Shown: positions 36,660 through 46,035 of the stretch, one piece after another | Numbering within the stretch: the stretch's first letter is position 1 | Layout: each line of letters starts with the position of its first letter | NCBI GenBank assembly: GCA_037131755.1 | Contig: JBAXQJ010000001.1 | Span: 16,176 to 80,175, forward strand | DNA: 64,000 nucleotides | Source: a bacterium | GTDB lineage: Bacteria > Patescibacteriota > Minisyncoccia > Phycocordibacterales > GWA1-40-21 | Direction of reading: 5' to 3' | Notes under the pieces: generated by a model | Database searches by the model: none | What the model saw: the letters and a program-made list of their open reading frames with translations, nothing else | What the model was told of the DNA's origin: nothing | Position numbers and translations under genes: made by a program

Positions 36660-36917
36660 TTACCGATTAGTTTTATTAGTTTGAATGTAATTTCTAATCA
36701 AATAAATAATTAAAGAGATTATAAAAATAAAAATACTTGGAACAAAAGCTTCTTTAATTGCAACTAAGGAGTGACTTGTTGTTCTTATGCCTGAGTCATC
36801 CATTGCCCCAGACCCAACTTCAGCGATATAACAAATAACAAAAAAGATAACCAATGAAATAATAAATGTTCGTAGTGCATTTAAAAAACTTTTTGTTATG
36901 TAGCCAAGGTTATTCAT
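36660..36917 (-). CDS. Hypothetical small membrane protein
   Basis: 85 aa with two hydrophobic helices, from an AT-rich region. Confidence 0.3.
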   Translation of the reverse strand: MNNLGYITKSFLNALRTFIISLVIFFVICYIAEVGSGAMDDSGIRTTSHSLVAIKEAFVPSIFIFIISLIIYLIRNYIQTNKTNR

Positions 36918-37135
36918 ACTTAGAAGTATAACATACTAGTTTTAGAAAATATATTTACGGAGGAGGTGAGAATTTCTCCTATTACATGGGCGGTACCCTT
37001 TTCTCATTTTTTCATAATATGAATTATTCAAAAATATGGGAGAAGGGCTTCGAATCTCACACGCAGGCAATTCAAATTGCCTGCTCTCCTCCGCGCAAGA
37101 AAAAAGGCTGCCGAAGCAGCTCATTTTTCAACGCG

Positions 37136-37220
37136 CGGAGGGGGCGAGATTCGAACTCGCGGTGCCTTGCGGCACACCGCATTTCAAGTGCGGCACGTTA
37201 GACCACTCTGACACCCCTCC
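37136..37220 (-). tRNA. tRNA-Ser (anticodon TGA), 85 nt, long variable arm
   Basis: Minus strand GGAGGGG-TG-TCAG...: acceptor GGAGGGG/CCCCTCC; anticodon stem CCGCA/TGCGG with loop CTTGAAA; variable arm TGTGCCGCAAGGCACC; T-arm GCGAG-TTCGAAT-CTCGC; discriminator G. Confidence 0.85.
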
Positions 37221-37692
37221 CTGTTTTTAACCAACTTTTTTCCAAATAATGATCTTCGAAATGACAATTTGGGCAGATCAGCTCCAAATTATTCAAATCA
37301 TTATTCTTGCGATCCCTATCTTTATGATGGATCTGCAATATCTCCCTTTTACTATAACCGCACCGTTCACATTTTCCACCCCTAGAAGAAAGTAAACTGA
37401 TTTTTATCAACTTAAATGTTTCAGCTTTGTCTCTCGGCTTTCCTTGCCGATACTTAATACCTTCTCTATTAATGTTCGAACATTCCCTGGAACAGGTAAT
37501 ACGATGCAAACCGGATAATATCAATTTCTTACATATTACGCAAGGCTTTTCCTTGTGACACGATAGCCCATAGCAGGTCTGACTACAGTAAAACTTTCCA
37601 CCATTTTTACTAAACTCAATTGGACGGCGGTAGATTCCTTTTTGGCAGATTGCGCATTTTGTATTAGGATTCCTTTTGTATGGCTCAGGCAT
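37198..37692 (-). CDS. HNH endonuclease with N-terminal Cys-rich (zinc-finger-like) region; paralog 1 of 3
   Basis: HNH core LQIHHKDRDRKNNDLNNLELICPNCHFEDH. N-terminal CxxC clusters (CAICQK, KFYCSQTCYG, CVICKK, CSREC). The last 23 nt including the stop overlap the 5' part of tRNA-Ser. Paralogous to 49813-50286 and 50283-50789 (shared SK(S/N)GK(Y/F)(F/Y)CS motif). Confidence 0.75.
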   Translation of the reverse strand: MPEPYKRNPNTKCAICQKGIYRRPIEFSKNGGKFYCSQTCYGLSCHKEKPCVICKKLILSGLHRITCSRECSNINREGIKYRQGKPRDKAETFKLIKISLLSSRGGKCERCGYSKREILQIHHKDRDRKNNDLNNLELICPNCHFEDHYLEKSWLKTGRGVRVV

Positions 37693-37779
37693 TAGTCCAG
37701 TATACCAGTTATTATGTAAATAGTAAAAATTTTTCCAACCAAAAACAGCCCTGGTGGGCTGTTTTTGCGTTAGAAAGTA

Positions 37780-37977
37780 TTATGCTCTCTGAACGTTGAC
37801 TGCGCTCATTCCTTTTGGACCATCTTCGGTTTCAAAAGAAACTGTATCGCCTTCGCGAAGTTCTGAGTATTGTACGCCAACGAGGGAATTTGAGTGAAAG
37901 AACAAATCTTTCGCCAAACCTGCGCCGGAGATAAAACCAAAACCTTTTTCAGTGAGCTTTTTTATTGTACCTGTCAT
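37780..37977 (-). CDS. cspA: Cold-shock protein (CspA family)
   Basis: 65 aa, GTIKKLTEKGFGFISGAGLAKDLFFHSNSL has the cold-shock domain RNP motifs. A hairpin terminator lies at about 37740-37766. Confidence 0.85.
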   Translation of the reverse strand: MTGTIKKLTEKGFGFISGAGLAKDLFFHSNSLVGVQYSELREGDTVSFETEDGPKGMSAVNVQRA

Positions 37978-38196
37978 TGATTTTTTATTAGATTACTAAA
38001 GACAAATGATTAAGTAATGTTTTTAGAAATCGACTCTTTTCGAACACAACATCTTTTGTACTGACAAGTATACTATACAATGATAATCCTGTCAATCTTT
38101 TTGCAAGATCGCTGGAAACTTGGCCAATATAGCCATATAAATAGGTAAATATGGGAATTGATGCTATCCTTTACTCAACTGATAAGAAGAAAAAAT

Positions 38197-38784
38197 ATGA
38201 CCACCAGCAACCAAACGAAAATAAGCTCGGCAGTGTTTATGCGAGGAATACGGGGAACCAATTCCATCCTGTACGATGGGGTGCCGCAGATCGCCTTTAT
38301 CGGCCGTTCGAATGTCGGCAAGTCCAGCATCATCAATGCGCTCACTAATCGGAAAGACCTGGTGAAGGTGAGCAATAAGCCGGGCAAGACGCGGGAAATA
38401 AATTTTTTCAAAATAAATAATCGTTTGTATTTTGTCGACCTGCCTGGTTATGGTTATGCCAAAGTCGATCCGGATGAAAAGGAGAGCCTGATGAAATTGA
38501 TCCTCTGGTATTTGGTTTACTCCGAAGTCAAACCGTTGAAAGTCATTTTGATTCTTGATGTGAAAGCCGGTTTTACCGAATTTGATCGGGAGATGGTCCG
38601 GGCGTTGCGGGAAAACAATCATGCTTACCTGATCGTCGCCAATAAAACAGACAAATTGAGCCAGAAAGAGCTGGCGGTCCAGCTTCAGAAAATCCGCGAG
38701 GAATCTAATGAAGAAGATATTATTTTGTGCTCGACAGTGGCGCGAGGGGGAATCGGGGAACTGCAGAAACAGATTTTTAACTGA
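38197..38784 (+). CDS. engB: Ribosome biogenesis GTP-binding protein EngB/YsxC/YihA
   Basis: G1 IAFIGRSNVGKSSIINAL, G3 VDLPGYGYAKV, G4 ANKTDKL. The start is taken at the MTTSNQ Met. Confidence 0.8.
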   Translation: MTTSNQTKISSAVFMRGIRGTNSILYDGVPQIAFIGRSNVGKSSIINALTNRKDLVKVSNKPGKTREINFFKINNRLYFVDLPGYGYAKVDPDEKESLMKLILWYLVYSEVKPLKVILILDVKAGFTEFDREMVRALRENNHAYLIVANKTDKLSQKELAVQLQKIREESNEEDIILCSTVARGGIGELQKQIFN

Positions 38785-38795
38785 ACATCTAAAAC

Positions 38796-38824
38796 AAAAA
38801 CAGCCCGATCGGGCTGTTTTTGTC
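38796..38824 (+). terminator. Rho-independent terminator after engB
   Basis: AAAACAGCCCGATCGGGCTGTTTTTG hairpin plus T-tract. Confidence 0.75.
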
Positions 38825-38859
38825 TTGGATTACGTAACTTTATCCTCCGCTGGCTGTAA

Positions 38860-39159
38860 TTATTGGTTGGTGGTCGGCAAGTTTTTTTCAGCGACGGCGA
38901 CTTGCTGTTTTTGATCGCGGTTCATCAAGAGATAGATGATTTCCAAAATACCAACGGTGTTTACGATCAATAGAATGACAAACCAAATCTTGTCGCCTTT
39001 GCGGGCAGCTTTCCAAAGGGCCAGACCTTTCCAAACGATAGTCCAAAGGGCCAGGACGATTATCAAGCCGAAACCGATGCCTAAAAACGGGGCAAATATA
39101 GCCAAGGCTTTCGGGTCGACGGTGCCAGTGCTGGTGGCGTTCAATGCAAAATTAATCAT
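38860..39159 (-). CDS. Hypothetical small membrane protein
   Basis: 99 aa with two TM helices (FAPFLGIGFGLIIVLALWTIVW, IWFVILLIVNTVGILEIIYLLM). Confidence 0.4.
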   Translation of the reverse strand: MINFALNATSTGTVDPKALAIFAPFLGIGFGLIIVLALWTIVWKGLALWKAARKGDKIWFVILLIVNTVGILEIIYLLMNRDQKQQVAVAEKNLPTTNQ

Positions 39160-39247
39160 GTGAATAATATTAAGCTAGTAAACTCCCTTAAGTATAGTTT
39201 TATTATTGGATTTTATCAAATGGCTAAAATAGTGTAAGATAGCGGGT

Positions 39248-39652
39248 ATGCCTAGATTACTTGGAATTGATTATGGAACAAAGCGGGTCGGGATCGCCGT
39301 TTCGGACGAAGCGGGCCAGATCGCCTTTCCAAAGGAGGTGCTGAAGAATGACAATCTGCTCCTTTCGAAAATCGGGGATATCTGTAAAAATGATAAAATA
39401 ACGACTGTGATTATCGGCGAGTCAAAGAACTTCAACGGCGAGGATAACCCGATCATGGAAGAAATTTATGATTTTATGAGGTATTTGGAGGAAGTCTTGA
39501 AGCTGGAGGTGATCCTTGAACCGGAATTCCTGAGCTCGCACCAGGCGGCGCGAGTGCAGGGCGAACACGGGAAGCTCGATGCTTCGGCTGCGGCGATTAT
39601 TTTGCAGAGCTACCTGGATAAAGGTAAATGCAAAACTAAAAATGAAAAATGA
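39248..39652 (+). CDS. ruvX: Putative pre-16S rRNA nuclease / Holliday junction resolvase-like YqgF (RuvX)
   Basis: LLGIDYGTKRVGIAVSD...TVIIGESKNFNGEDNPIMEE...LEPEFLSSHQA is the YqgF RNase H-like signature. Confidence 0.8.
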   Translation: MPRLLGIDYGTKRVGIAVSDEAGQIAFPKEVLKNDNLLLSKIGDICKNDKITTVIIGESKNFNGEDNPIMEEIYDFMRYLEEVLKLEVILEPEFLSSHQAARVQGEHGKLDASAAAIILQSYLDKGKCKTKNEK

Positions 39653-39718
39653 CAGTCCAAAATTTTAATTTCACATTGTTATTTTGAGTTTTGATTTTTA
39701 ATATTTAAATTTAATAAA

Positions 39719-40114
39719 ATGGAAGACAAAGACCAAATTATTGCGGAGGAGGAAGTCAAAACTGTAGTTGTTGAAACTCCCAAAATAAAATACGAAGACT
39801 TTAAAAAGGTGGAGATAAGGGTCGGAAAGATTTTAAGCGCTGAGAAAATCGAAAAGTCGGAGAAGCTTTTAAAACTCTCCGTTGATTTTGCCGAGGTGGC
39901 AGGTCCACGACAGATTGTTTCTGGGATTGCCAAGTATTTTCCTGATGAACAAGTGCTGGTAGGGAAGAAGTGCACTTTTGTCACTAATCTCGAACCACGC
40001 CCGCTTATGGGTCTGGAGAGCAATGGAATGCTGTTTGCTATTGGTGGCGGCGATGTGCCATTTTCTCTTTTTGAAGTTGGTGATGATATTCCCGCTGGGA
40101 CAAAAGCTAATTAA
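39719..40114 (+). CDS. tRNA-binding domain protein (CsaA/Trbp111/EMAP-II-like OB-fold)
   Basis: FKKVEIRVGKILSAEKIEKSEKLLKLSVDF...VSGIAKYFPDEQVLVGKKCTFVTNLEPRPLMGLESNGMLFA is the classic tRNA-binding OB domain. Confidence 0.75.
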   Translation: MEDKDQIIAEEEVKTVVVETPKIKYEDFKKVEIRVGKILSAEKIEKSEKLLKLSVDFAEVAGPRQIVSGIAKYFPDEQVLVGKKCTFVTNLEPRPLMGLESNGMLFAIGGGDVPFSLFEVGDDIPAGTKAN

Positions 40115-40167
40115 GTCCTAAAAATTGTATTAATAATCGCCTGACACCTAAAAACCAACACCTACCC

Positions 40168-40770
40168 ATGCATCTATTTGACGTTCAGTATCTAATTCAA
40201 TCGGTCGGTTTGTTGGGAATTTTTGCTATTGTTTTTGCTGAGTCCGGTCTGTTTTTCGCCTTCTTTTTGCCTGGCGACTCACTACTATTTACGGCGGGTT
40301 TTTTGGCCTCGCAAAATATGCTGCCAATATTTTGGTTAATCCTGGGTATTGCGATTTGCGCCGTTTTGGCCGGCTACGCCGGGTACTATTTCGGCCAATG
40401 GATCGGGCCAAAGATCTTTGTCAAAGAAGACTCTCTATTTTTCAGAAAGAAGTATTTGAATGAGGCGCACGCATTTTTTGAAAAGTATGGGAATAAGGCT
40501 GTGGTTTTGGCCAGGTTCATTCCTATCATCAGGACTTTTACACCAATTTTGGCCGGGGTAGGGCGGATGACTTTCGCGAATTTTTCCTTTTACAATATTT
40601 TTGGCGGTTCATTGTGGGCGGTTGGCATTACTTTGATTGGCTACTATTTAGGACATTTGATCCCTGGGGTACAGGATTATTTATTCCCAATCGCTCTTTT
40701 GATTATCTTTATTTCGGCCTTGCCGGGAGTGTATGAATATCTGTTGGAAAGGAAGAAAAGAAAGAGATAA
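40168..40770 (+). CDS. dedA: DedA/SNARE-associated family membrane protein
   Basis: FFLPGDSLLFTAGFLAS...KAVVLARFIPIIRTFTPILAGVGRM is the DedA signature. Confidence 0.8.
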   Translation: MHLFDVQYLIQSVGLLGIFAIVFAESGLFFAFFLPGDSLLFTAGFLASQNMLPIFWLILGIAICAVLAGYAGYYFGQWIGPKIFVKEDSLFFRKKYLNEAHAFFEKYGNKAVVLARFIPIIRTFTPILAGVGRMTFANFSFYNIFGGSLWAVGITLIGYYLGHLIPGVQDYLFPIALLIIFISALPGVYEYLLERKKRKR

Positions 40771-40814
40771 GGTTTGTCAAACAGATTACTTTTAAGTTTG
40801 TCTTTGAAACGAGT

Positions 40815-40902
40815 CACCGCCTTTTTAGAGACTAGCGAGCGCGACGGCGCGAGCTCGAGGAATTTTCTAGCAAGAAAATATCCGTGCTCTAAAAAGGCGG
40901 TG
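40815..40902 (+). ncRNA. Unclassified structured-RNA-like element, copy 1 (about 88 nt; 66-nt core identical to the copy at 47516-47605, closed by a different but still perfectly complementary outer stem)
   Basis: Core TTAGAGACTAGCGAGCGCGACGGCGCGAGCTCGAGGAATTTTCTAGCAAGAAAATATCCGTGCTCTAA. Outer stem CACCGCCTTTTTAGAG / CTCTAAAAAGGCGGTG. Intergenic between dedA and pilM. Confidence 0.45.
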
Positions 40903-40946
40903 GCGAGGGGTCTCTTTGTAAATAAACGTGACGGTATGGTATAATT

Positions 40947-42032
40947 ATGGGGAATAAAATTATGTCCCCCAAAAATAAGTATTCAAAATTTTTTGTACCG
41001 CCGGATTTTCTGGAAATGCCTTCCGTGGCAATTGAAATGTCTGAAAAAGGCGTCCGGTACTTGTCGGTAAAGAAAACAGATAAGGGTCTGTTGCCAGCCA
41101 AGACGGGTTTCATTCCGGTTTCTAAAGGGGTTATCCGTTTCGGTGAGGTTGTCAAAAAAAATGAGATAGTAAAAATCTTGGACAAGATAAAAAAAACCAC
41201 CGGCACGACTTTTGCCCGGGTTTCATTGCCGGAAGAAAAGACCTATATATTCAAGGTTCGTATCCCTAAGGTGGAAGAAAAGGAGATACGGCAGGTTTTG
41301 GAATTCAAGATCGAGGAAAATGTCCCACTTTCGGCGGCTGAGGCGATCTTTGATTACGAGATCATTTCTCACCAGAAAAAGAGCAGCCATATGGATCTTA
41401 TTGTCTCTGCCGTCTCAAGCAAGACGATCGATGAAATATCAGCCGTCTTGGCTGATGCTGGTTTGCAACCGGTCTGTTTCGGTCTGGATTCCAAAAATAC
41501 CGCCCGGTCGGTCGTGAAAGAAAATAACGAGCAGACTTTGGTTGTAGCGGACATAAAAGACAACCAGATTGTCTTGTCGCTGGTACTTGATGGATTAGTT
41601 TGGCAAACCTCGACTGTAAATTTTGGCGCTTCGACTTTTACCGATGCCTTGAAAAAATATTATGATATTTCCTTGGAAGAGGCAGAAAAGCTGAAGCAAG
41701 ACCGGTTATATACCGACAGCAAGGAAAGCATGGAGATTTTTTCTTATCTCATAAATACCGTCTCGGCCATTAAAGACGAGATATTCAAATTTATCACCTA
41801 TTGCAACGAAAGGGAGGACGTCAAAGACAAAGTCGATAAGGTAATCTTGTGCGGCAAGGATTCGGCTATCGTGGGCATGCAAAAATATCTGGAATTGAAC
41901 CTGAACCTGGATGTGGACATTGCCAACATCTGGATAAACAATTTTTCCCTGGCCGACTATGTCCCGACAATCGGGGCAGTGGAGTCTCTGGATTATGCCA
42001 ATGTTAACGGTCTTAACTTGTACGAATTATGA
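40947..42032 (+). CDS. pilM: Type IV pilus assembly protein PilM-like (actin-like ATPase fold)
   Basis: 361 aa. Followed by overlapping PilN- and PilO-like single-TM genes. Divergent but PilM-like in length and context; direct motif evidence is weak. Confidence 0.55.
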   Translation: MGNKIMSPKNKYSKFFVPPDFLEMPSVAIEMSEKGVRYLSVKKTDKGLLPAKTGFIPVSKGVIRFGEVVKKNEIVKILDKIKKTTGTTFARVSLPEEKTYIFKVRIPKVEEKEIRQVLEFKIEENVPLSAAEAIFDYEIISHQKKSSHMDLIVSAVSSKTIDEISAVLADAGLQPVCFGLDSKNTARSVVKENNEQTLVVADIKDNQIVLSLVLDGLVWQTSTVNFGASTFTDALKKYYDISLEEAEKLKQDRLYTDSKESMEIFSYLINTVSAIKDEIFKFITYCNEREDVKDKVDKVILCGKDSAIVGMQKYLELNLNLDVDIANIWINNFSLADYVPTIGAVESLDYANVNGLNLYEL

Positions 42033-42577
42033 GCGCAAATTTATTAACTGAAAAACAGAAAATTTTTGTCAAAAACGAATTCCGCCTGCGCCTAGCGGTG
42101 ACAGTGGTCTTTTTGGTGTTTTTGACTTCGGTCAACTATCTATCATACCTGATCCCTTATTATATTTCCGTCGTTAAAAAGGACCGGTTGGTAGCTGAAC
42201 AGTTTGCCGAAGTGATAACGGTGGAAAACAAGGAAAATAGCGGCAGCAGCATCACGCAAACTGTGAGGAGGACAAATGACATGATGAAATTGGTTGAAAT
42301 TTATGGCCAGCCGGCTTTGGTGATTTCGGAACAGATAGATAAAATCATCAGCAATAAGAATTCCGGAATCGTCATTAACAAGATATCCTCAAATTATCTC
42401 CAGCCGACAGACATGCAGATTAATATTTCCGGTCGGGCAAAAACCAGGGACAATCTGACCGTTTTTCTCCAGACGCTCAAAAGCAAGGCCGCCTTTTATG
42501 ATGTGAAATACCCAGTTTCCGATTTCTTGAAAAGCAACGATATTGATTTTACGATAAATATCCGGGCAAAAAAATAA
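42029..42577 (+). CDS. pilN: PilN-like fimbrial assembly protein (single N-terminal TM)
   Basis: 182 aa. The start overlaps the pilM stop by 4 nt. N-terminal TM LAVTVVFLVFLTSVNYLSYLI. Confidence 0.5.
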   Translation: MSANLLTEKQKIFVKNEFRLRLAVTVVFLVFLTSVNYLSYLIPYYISVVKKDRLVAEQFAEVITVENKENSGSSITQTVRRTNDMMKLVEIYGQPALVISEQIDKIISNKNSGIVINKISSNYLQPTDMQINISGRAKTRDNLTVFLQTLKSKAAFYDVKYPVSDFLKSNDIDFTINIRAKK

Positions 42578-42580
42578 GCT

Positions 42581-43141
42581 ATGAAAAAATACTCCACCAA
42601 AATAATATTTTCCGTTGCCGTCGCCATTCTTTCGATATCAGTCATCGGTAGTGCCGTATTTAGCTACTTGCTCGTCGATAAGATAAACAACATAAATGAC
42701 AAGATCAAGCAGATGGATCTTTCAACCCAAGAAAGGAACAAGCAGGGAGCGCAAAAGATGTCCGTCGTTGACACGGAAGCCGATCGGGCGAAATTAGAAA
42801 GCTATTTTGTTTCTGCCGACGGGGCGGTGGATTTCATCAAATACCTGGAGAATTTATCGGTCGAAGTCGGGGTTAAGGCCAACATTCAAAATATTAATTT
42901 TCAACCCTTGCGCGACACAGCTTATGCCAACACAGCCGAATATATCAGCTTGAATCTGTCAGTTGAAGGAACCTGGGCCAAGGTTTACCGTTATGTATTA
43001 CTACTGGAAAAGCTGCCTTTTGTGAGCGAGGTTGGCAATGTTGATATGACTGAAGTGACACAAACCGATGAGAAAAACAAAACCAAATCATTTTGGACAG
43101 CGACGATTTCCTTGAAGGTGATTAAGTTAAAAAATATTTAA
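42581..43141 (+). CDS. pilO: PilO-like pilus assembly protein (single N-terminal TM)
   Basis: 186 aa, N-terminal TM IIFSVAVAILSISVIGSAVFSYLLV, operonic with pilM/pilN. Confidence 0.45.
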   Translation: MKKYSTKIIFSVAVAILSISVIGSAVFSYLLVDKINNINDKIKQMDLSTQERNKQGAQKMSVVDTEADRAKLESYFVSADGAVDFIKYLENLSVEVGVKANIQNINFQPLRDTAYANTAEYISLNLSVEGTWAKVYRYVLLLEKLPFVSEVGNVDMTEVTQTDEKNKTKSFWTATISLKVIKLKNI

Positions 43142-43480
43142 ATGAAAAACTTAGATTTGAATAAAATACTCACTATGGATTTGTTTGGCAAAAAAAGCGT
43201 GAAGGCGGCCAAACCTTTTAGCCTCAGTAATTTTTGGCGAGTAACGATGATCACGTTTACTTTGGTGAACCTGGCTATTTCTGTCTTTGCCTGGCATGTT
43301 TATGTCGGCAATGACATTGGCGGTGGACTGGTCAGTCAGCCAGTGGTGGAAGGGGACACTTATGTGAAGGTGGTGGATAAAAACAAGCTCACCAAAGATC
43401 TAAAAATATATTCTGATGTAAGCAAAGCTTTTGATAATTTAAAAAATCAAGACATAAAGATCGTTGACCCGTCGCTGTAA
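43142..43480 (+). CDS. Hypothetical membrane-anchored protein (possible PilP-like), last gene of the pil operon
   Basis: 112 aa. Its start abuts the PilO-like stop. TM VTMITFTLVNLAISVFAWHVYV. Confidence 0.4.
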   Translation: MKNLDLNKILTMDLFGKKSVKAAKPFSLSNFWRVTMITFTLVNLAISVFAWHVYVGNDIGGGLVSQPVVEGDTYVKVVDKNKLTKDLKIYSDVSKAFDNLKNQDIKIVDPSL

Positions 43481-43506
43481 AACTGTTATAGTCTCACGGC
43501 TCATTT

Positions 43507-43578
43507 GCCCCCGTAGTTCAATGGATAGAACAGAGCTCTTCTAAGGCTTTGATGTAGGTTCGATTCCTACCGAGGGCA
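43507..43578 (+). tRNA. tRNA-Arg (anticodon TCT), 72 nt
   Basis: Acceptor GCCCCCG/CGAGGGC (one C.A mismatch at 5:68); D-arm GTTC-AATGGATA-GAAC; anticodon stem GAGCT/GGCTT (two G.U pairs) with loop CTTCTAA; T-arm GTAGG-TTCGATT-CCTAC; discriminator A. Confidence 0.75.
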
Positions 43579-43738
43579 CAAAATGGTGACTTCCCACAAG
43601 TCACACACCACGTTCAGAAATAGGGATATTTTGACACTGTCCGCATAGCCAAACAGCGTTTTTTATTGCTCTATATCTCTTTGCCAAAAGACGGCCTCAC
43701 TGAGCCAAATAATTGGTTCGAGTCTTGTGACCATGGTG

Positions 43739-44536
43739 TTATTTGGGGAAATTAGCAAAAGCCAAGTCATTTGAAAGATGCTCGATTGAAAAAGCATAAC
43801 CAATACCGACGTTTGCAGAACGAAGAATCTCTTCCCCCAATTTCTTCATCTGTATTTGACTACACATAAAGGCTGCTATCGGATCAACACCAGCCAATAC
43901 CACACCTCCTATGCTAGGTTTGACGGCTTCAATATTTTTATCAAACACCTCCATAAATTGGGTAAACAGCTTTGTAAGGCCAGTTGCTTTACGGGTGATG
44001 ATACCTAGAACATTACCAGTATCCGGATCTATCAATGGCCCACCAGAATTGCTCTGGTTGATACTCGCGTCGAGTTGAATTATTGAAACGGTTCCGGTTT
44101 TGTAGAAGGACGAGATCGTCCCTTTATGGCAAACAAGATTATTGTGTTCAAGTGGATAGCCAAGAAACAGAATGTCATCACCGACGGCTTTGTCTTTTGG
44201 GTTTCCGATCTCAAAGTTAAACCTGTTCATGGTCTTAATCACAGGAATATTGAACACCGCATAATCACAAGATTCTTCATAAGATCCAGTTACTAAATAC
44301 TTCATGAATTCGTCGTAGGAATACCTCAGTTCATCCTTTTTACTAGCAGGATCTTCATTGTCAAAACGAAGCAGGATATCTATGCCCGTTGAACCATATG
44401 GGACCTTGATTACGTGATTGCAGGTAATCAACAGCTGTTTGGAGAGGAACCCCGAACCCGAACCAATCTTTTCTTGGCCACGCATATAGTTAATATGAAC
44501 AATCCCAGATCTGACTTTTTTAATTATTTCTCGCAT
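43739..44536 (-). CDS. Trypsin-like (S1/Trypsin_2-type) serine protease, no signal peptide
   Basis: Catalytic triad context: LITCNHVI (His), CDYAVFNI (Asp), INQSNSGGPLID (Ser in GxSGGP). 265 aa. Downstream of, and co-oriented with, XRE paralog 2. Confidence 0.7.
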   Translation of the reverse strand: MREIIKKVRSGIVHINYMRGQEKIGSGSGFLSKQLLITCNHVIKVPYGSTGIDILLRFDNEDPASKKDELRYSYDEFMKYLVTGSYEESCDYAVFNIPVIKTMNRFNFEIGNPKDKAVGDDILFLGYPLEHNNLVCHKGTISSFYKTGTVSIIQLDASINQSNSGGPLIDPDTGNVLGIITRKATGLTKLFTQFMEVFDKNIEAVKPSIGGVVLAGVDPIAAFMCSQIQMKKLGEEILRSANVGIGYAFSIEHLSNDLAFANFPK

Positions 44537-44822
44537 ATATCTCCCCTTGAAGGTGGTGTCAGTATATCACACCTATCACTAAATAGTCAGTTTAAGCTCC
44601 CATGGCAACAGCACTGGATATTACTAATCCCTCTGTTTGTTATAAATTCCTGTGTGCTAACTTTAGGATATTATGAAAAACAAAACACCAACTCTAAGGG
44701 AGGTTTTTCAGACCTTTCGGATGAGAAATTAGAAGAAGTGGAAGAACGACTGGAAGAGCATGTGAGGGTGGCGATGGAGACTTACGAACGGATCAGTCAT
44801 GACCCGGTCGAATACAAAGGAT

Positions 44823-45149
44823 TCAAAGCTCTTCTGGTACAAGAGAAGGAACGGAAGCAATCGGCTTCACAGTACCATTGCCCGGATTGTCGGAAGCAGT
44901 TTGCTTTGTCCGGGTATTCTCTTCCAACTGAGACTCAATCATCTGCCACAACTCCGGGTACAGGTCCCGAGGCGACACCTTGTAAATGATCGCCAGACGA
45001 AACAGGTTGATAATATTCGGGACAGCATGACCGGCTTCCCATTTGGAGAGGCGGTCCGTGCAGTCGAGTTTCAAAGCTTCAGCCACTTCTCGTTGATATA
45101 GTCCGACGCGATTGCGATACAAGCGAAGGTTGTTTGTTGTTTTGTTCAT
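44823..45149 (-). CDS. HTH-XRE family transcriptional regulator (paralog 2 of 3)
   Basis: MNKTTNNLRLYRNRVGLYQREVAEALKLDCTDRLSKWEAGHAVPNIINLFRLAIIYKVSPRDLYPEL. The start is taken at the internal Met that matches the paralog N-termini. Confidence 0.75.
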   Translation of the reverse strand: MNKTTNNLRLYRNRVGLYQREVAEALKLDCTDRLSKWEAGHAVPNIINLFRLAIIYKVSPRDLYPELWQMIESQLEENTRTKQTASDNPGNGTVKPIASVPSLVPEEL

Positions 45150-45219
45150 GATGATTAGGTTAGCGCGATGGTTAAAAGTCACAAAGGAGGGCAAATGTGT
45201 CACAAGTGGCACGTCCCCA

Positions 45220-45423
45220 TTATGGCGCTTCAGTGGAGTGAGGCCGTGGTTTTTCTTGGGATGATATGTTAGAATTCACACATGCTGAATCAGCAGGACC
45301 CTTCTTTAGGTGATCCTGCATGGTGGAGATTATTAAATCTAACATTCGGGGTGCGTCCCGTTGATGGGCACAACATGTGGTCCACACCAAGCGATGAAGC
45401 CAGGCCGGCTCGGCTCCTTGCAT
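45220..45423 (-). CDS. Small upstream ORF of XRE paralog 2 (conserved with 4411-4611 and with an unlisted frame in the 46348-46640 leader)
   Basis: ...CAHQRDAPRMLDLIISTMQDHLKKGPADSACVNSNISSQEKPRPHSTEAP versus the paralog-3 leader translation CAHQRDTPRMLDMIISTLQDHLKKGSADSTHLNNNMSPQEKPQGWLDDAA. Most nucleotide differences between them are synonymous. Confidence 0.35.
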   Translation of the reverse strand: MQGAEPAWLHRLVWTTCCAHQRDAPRMLDLIISTMQDHLKKGPADSACVNSNISSQEKPRPHSTEAP

Positions 45424-45548
45424 GAAAAACGGTCTGGGTGTATATTACTGGTATGCCTGTGGGCGCAAGCCCCTTTTCGGCTAAGGATTACCTAAGCTGA
45501 AGGCAGGCATAACAAAACAGCCCTCCACTCGGAGAGCTTTTTTGTTGC

Positions 45549-46010
45549 CTAGAAATCCTCAATGCCATCGTCATAAAGCTTCTGATTGTTGAATTTCTTG
45601 TGCGGCATGACGCTCCAAAAGATGATCTTGCCGTCACCAACCCGTTTCAGGATCACGACGATCTTGCGCAGATAGTCTTGGCCGATGATGGCGTGGAAAC
45701 CCCAGTATTCAACATTCTTGGTTTTGAAGAAACCATCCTTGCCGACACTACCGGTTTTCTCAAGACTTTTCCGGTATTCCTGAAGAGTCCCGGCCTGCTT
45801 GATAACTTCCAGGGCTTTGGGTAGCAGGGTGAGCTTCAGAACTTGCTCATCCACGTTTCGTAGCATTCGGTTGCCTTTGTACTGAAGATGATTAAAGCCG
45901 TCAGAAGTCAAAATGATGTCACCTTGAAAATACGGGCAACGAATTTGTCCTTGAAGCGGATATGCTCGTTTTGCCTTTTCCAACGCTCTTTGTAATTTGT
46001 CTTGCTCCAT
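45549..46010 (-). CDS. Hypothetical protein (153 aa), downstream partner of XRE paralog 3
   Basis: 25 nt downstream of the XRE gene on the same strand. No recognisable motif. Confidence 0.45.
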   Translation of the reverse strand: MEQDKLQRALEKAKRAYPLQGQIRCPYFQGDIILTSDGFNHLQYKGNRMLRNVDEQVLKLTLLPKALEVIKQAGTLQEYRKSLEKTGSVGKDGFFKTKNVEYWGFHAIIGQDYLRKIVVILKRVGDGKIIFWSVMPHKKFNNQKLYDDGIEDF

Positions 46011-46035
46011 GAGAGTAGAGACATTCTACCATGAC

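Noticed and set aside
44414-44989. 191-aa plus-strand ORF spanning the protease/XRE intergenic region.
   Set aside because: It overlaps two well-supported minus-strand genes, and the reading frame is driven by their antisense sequence.
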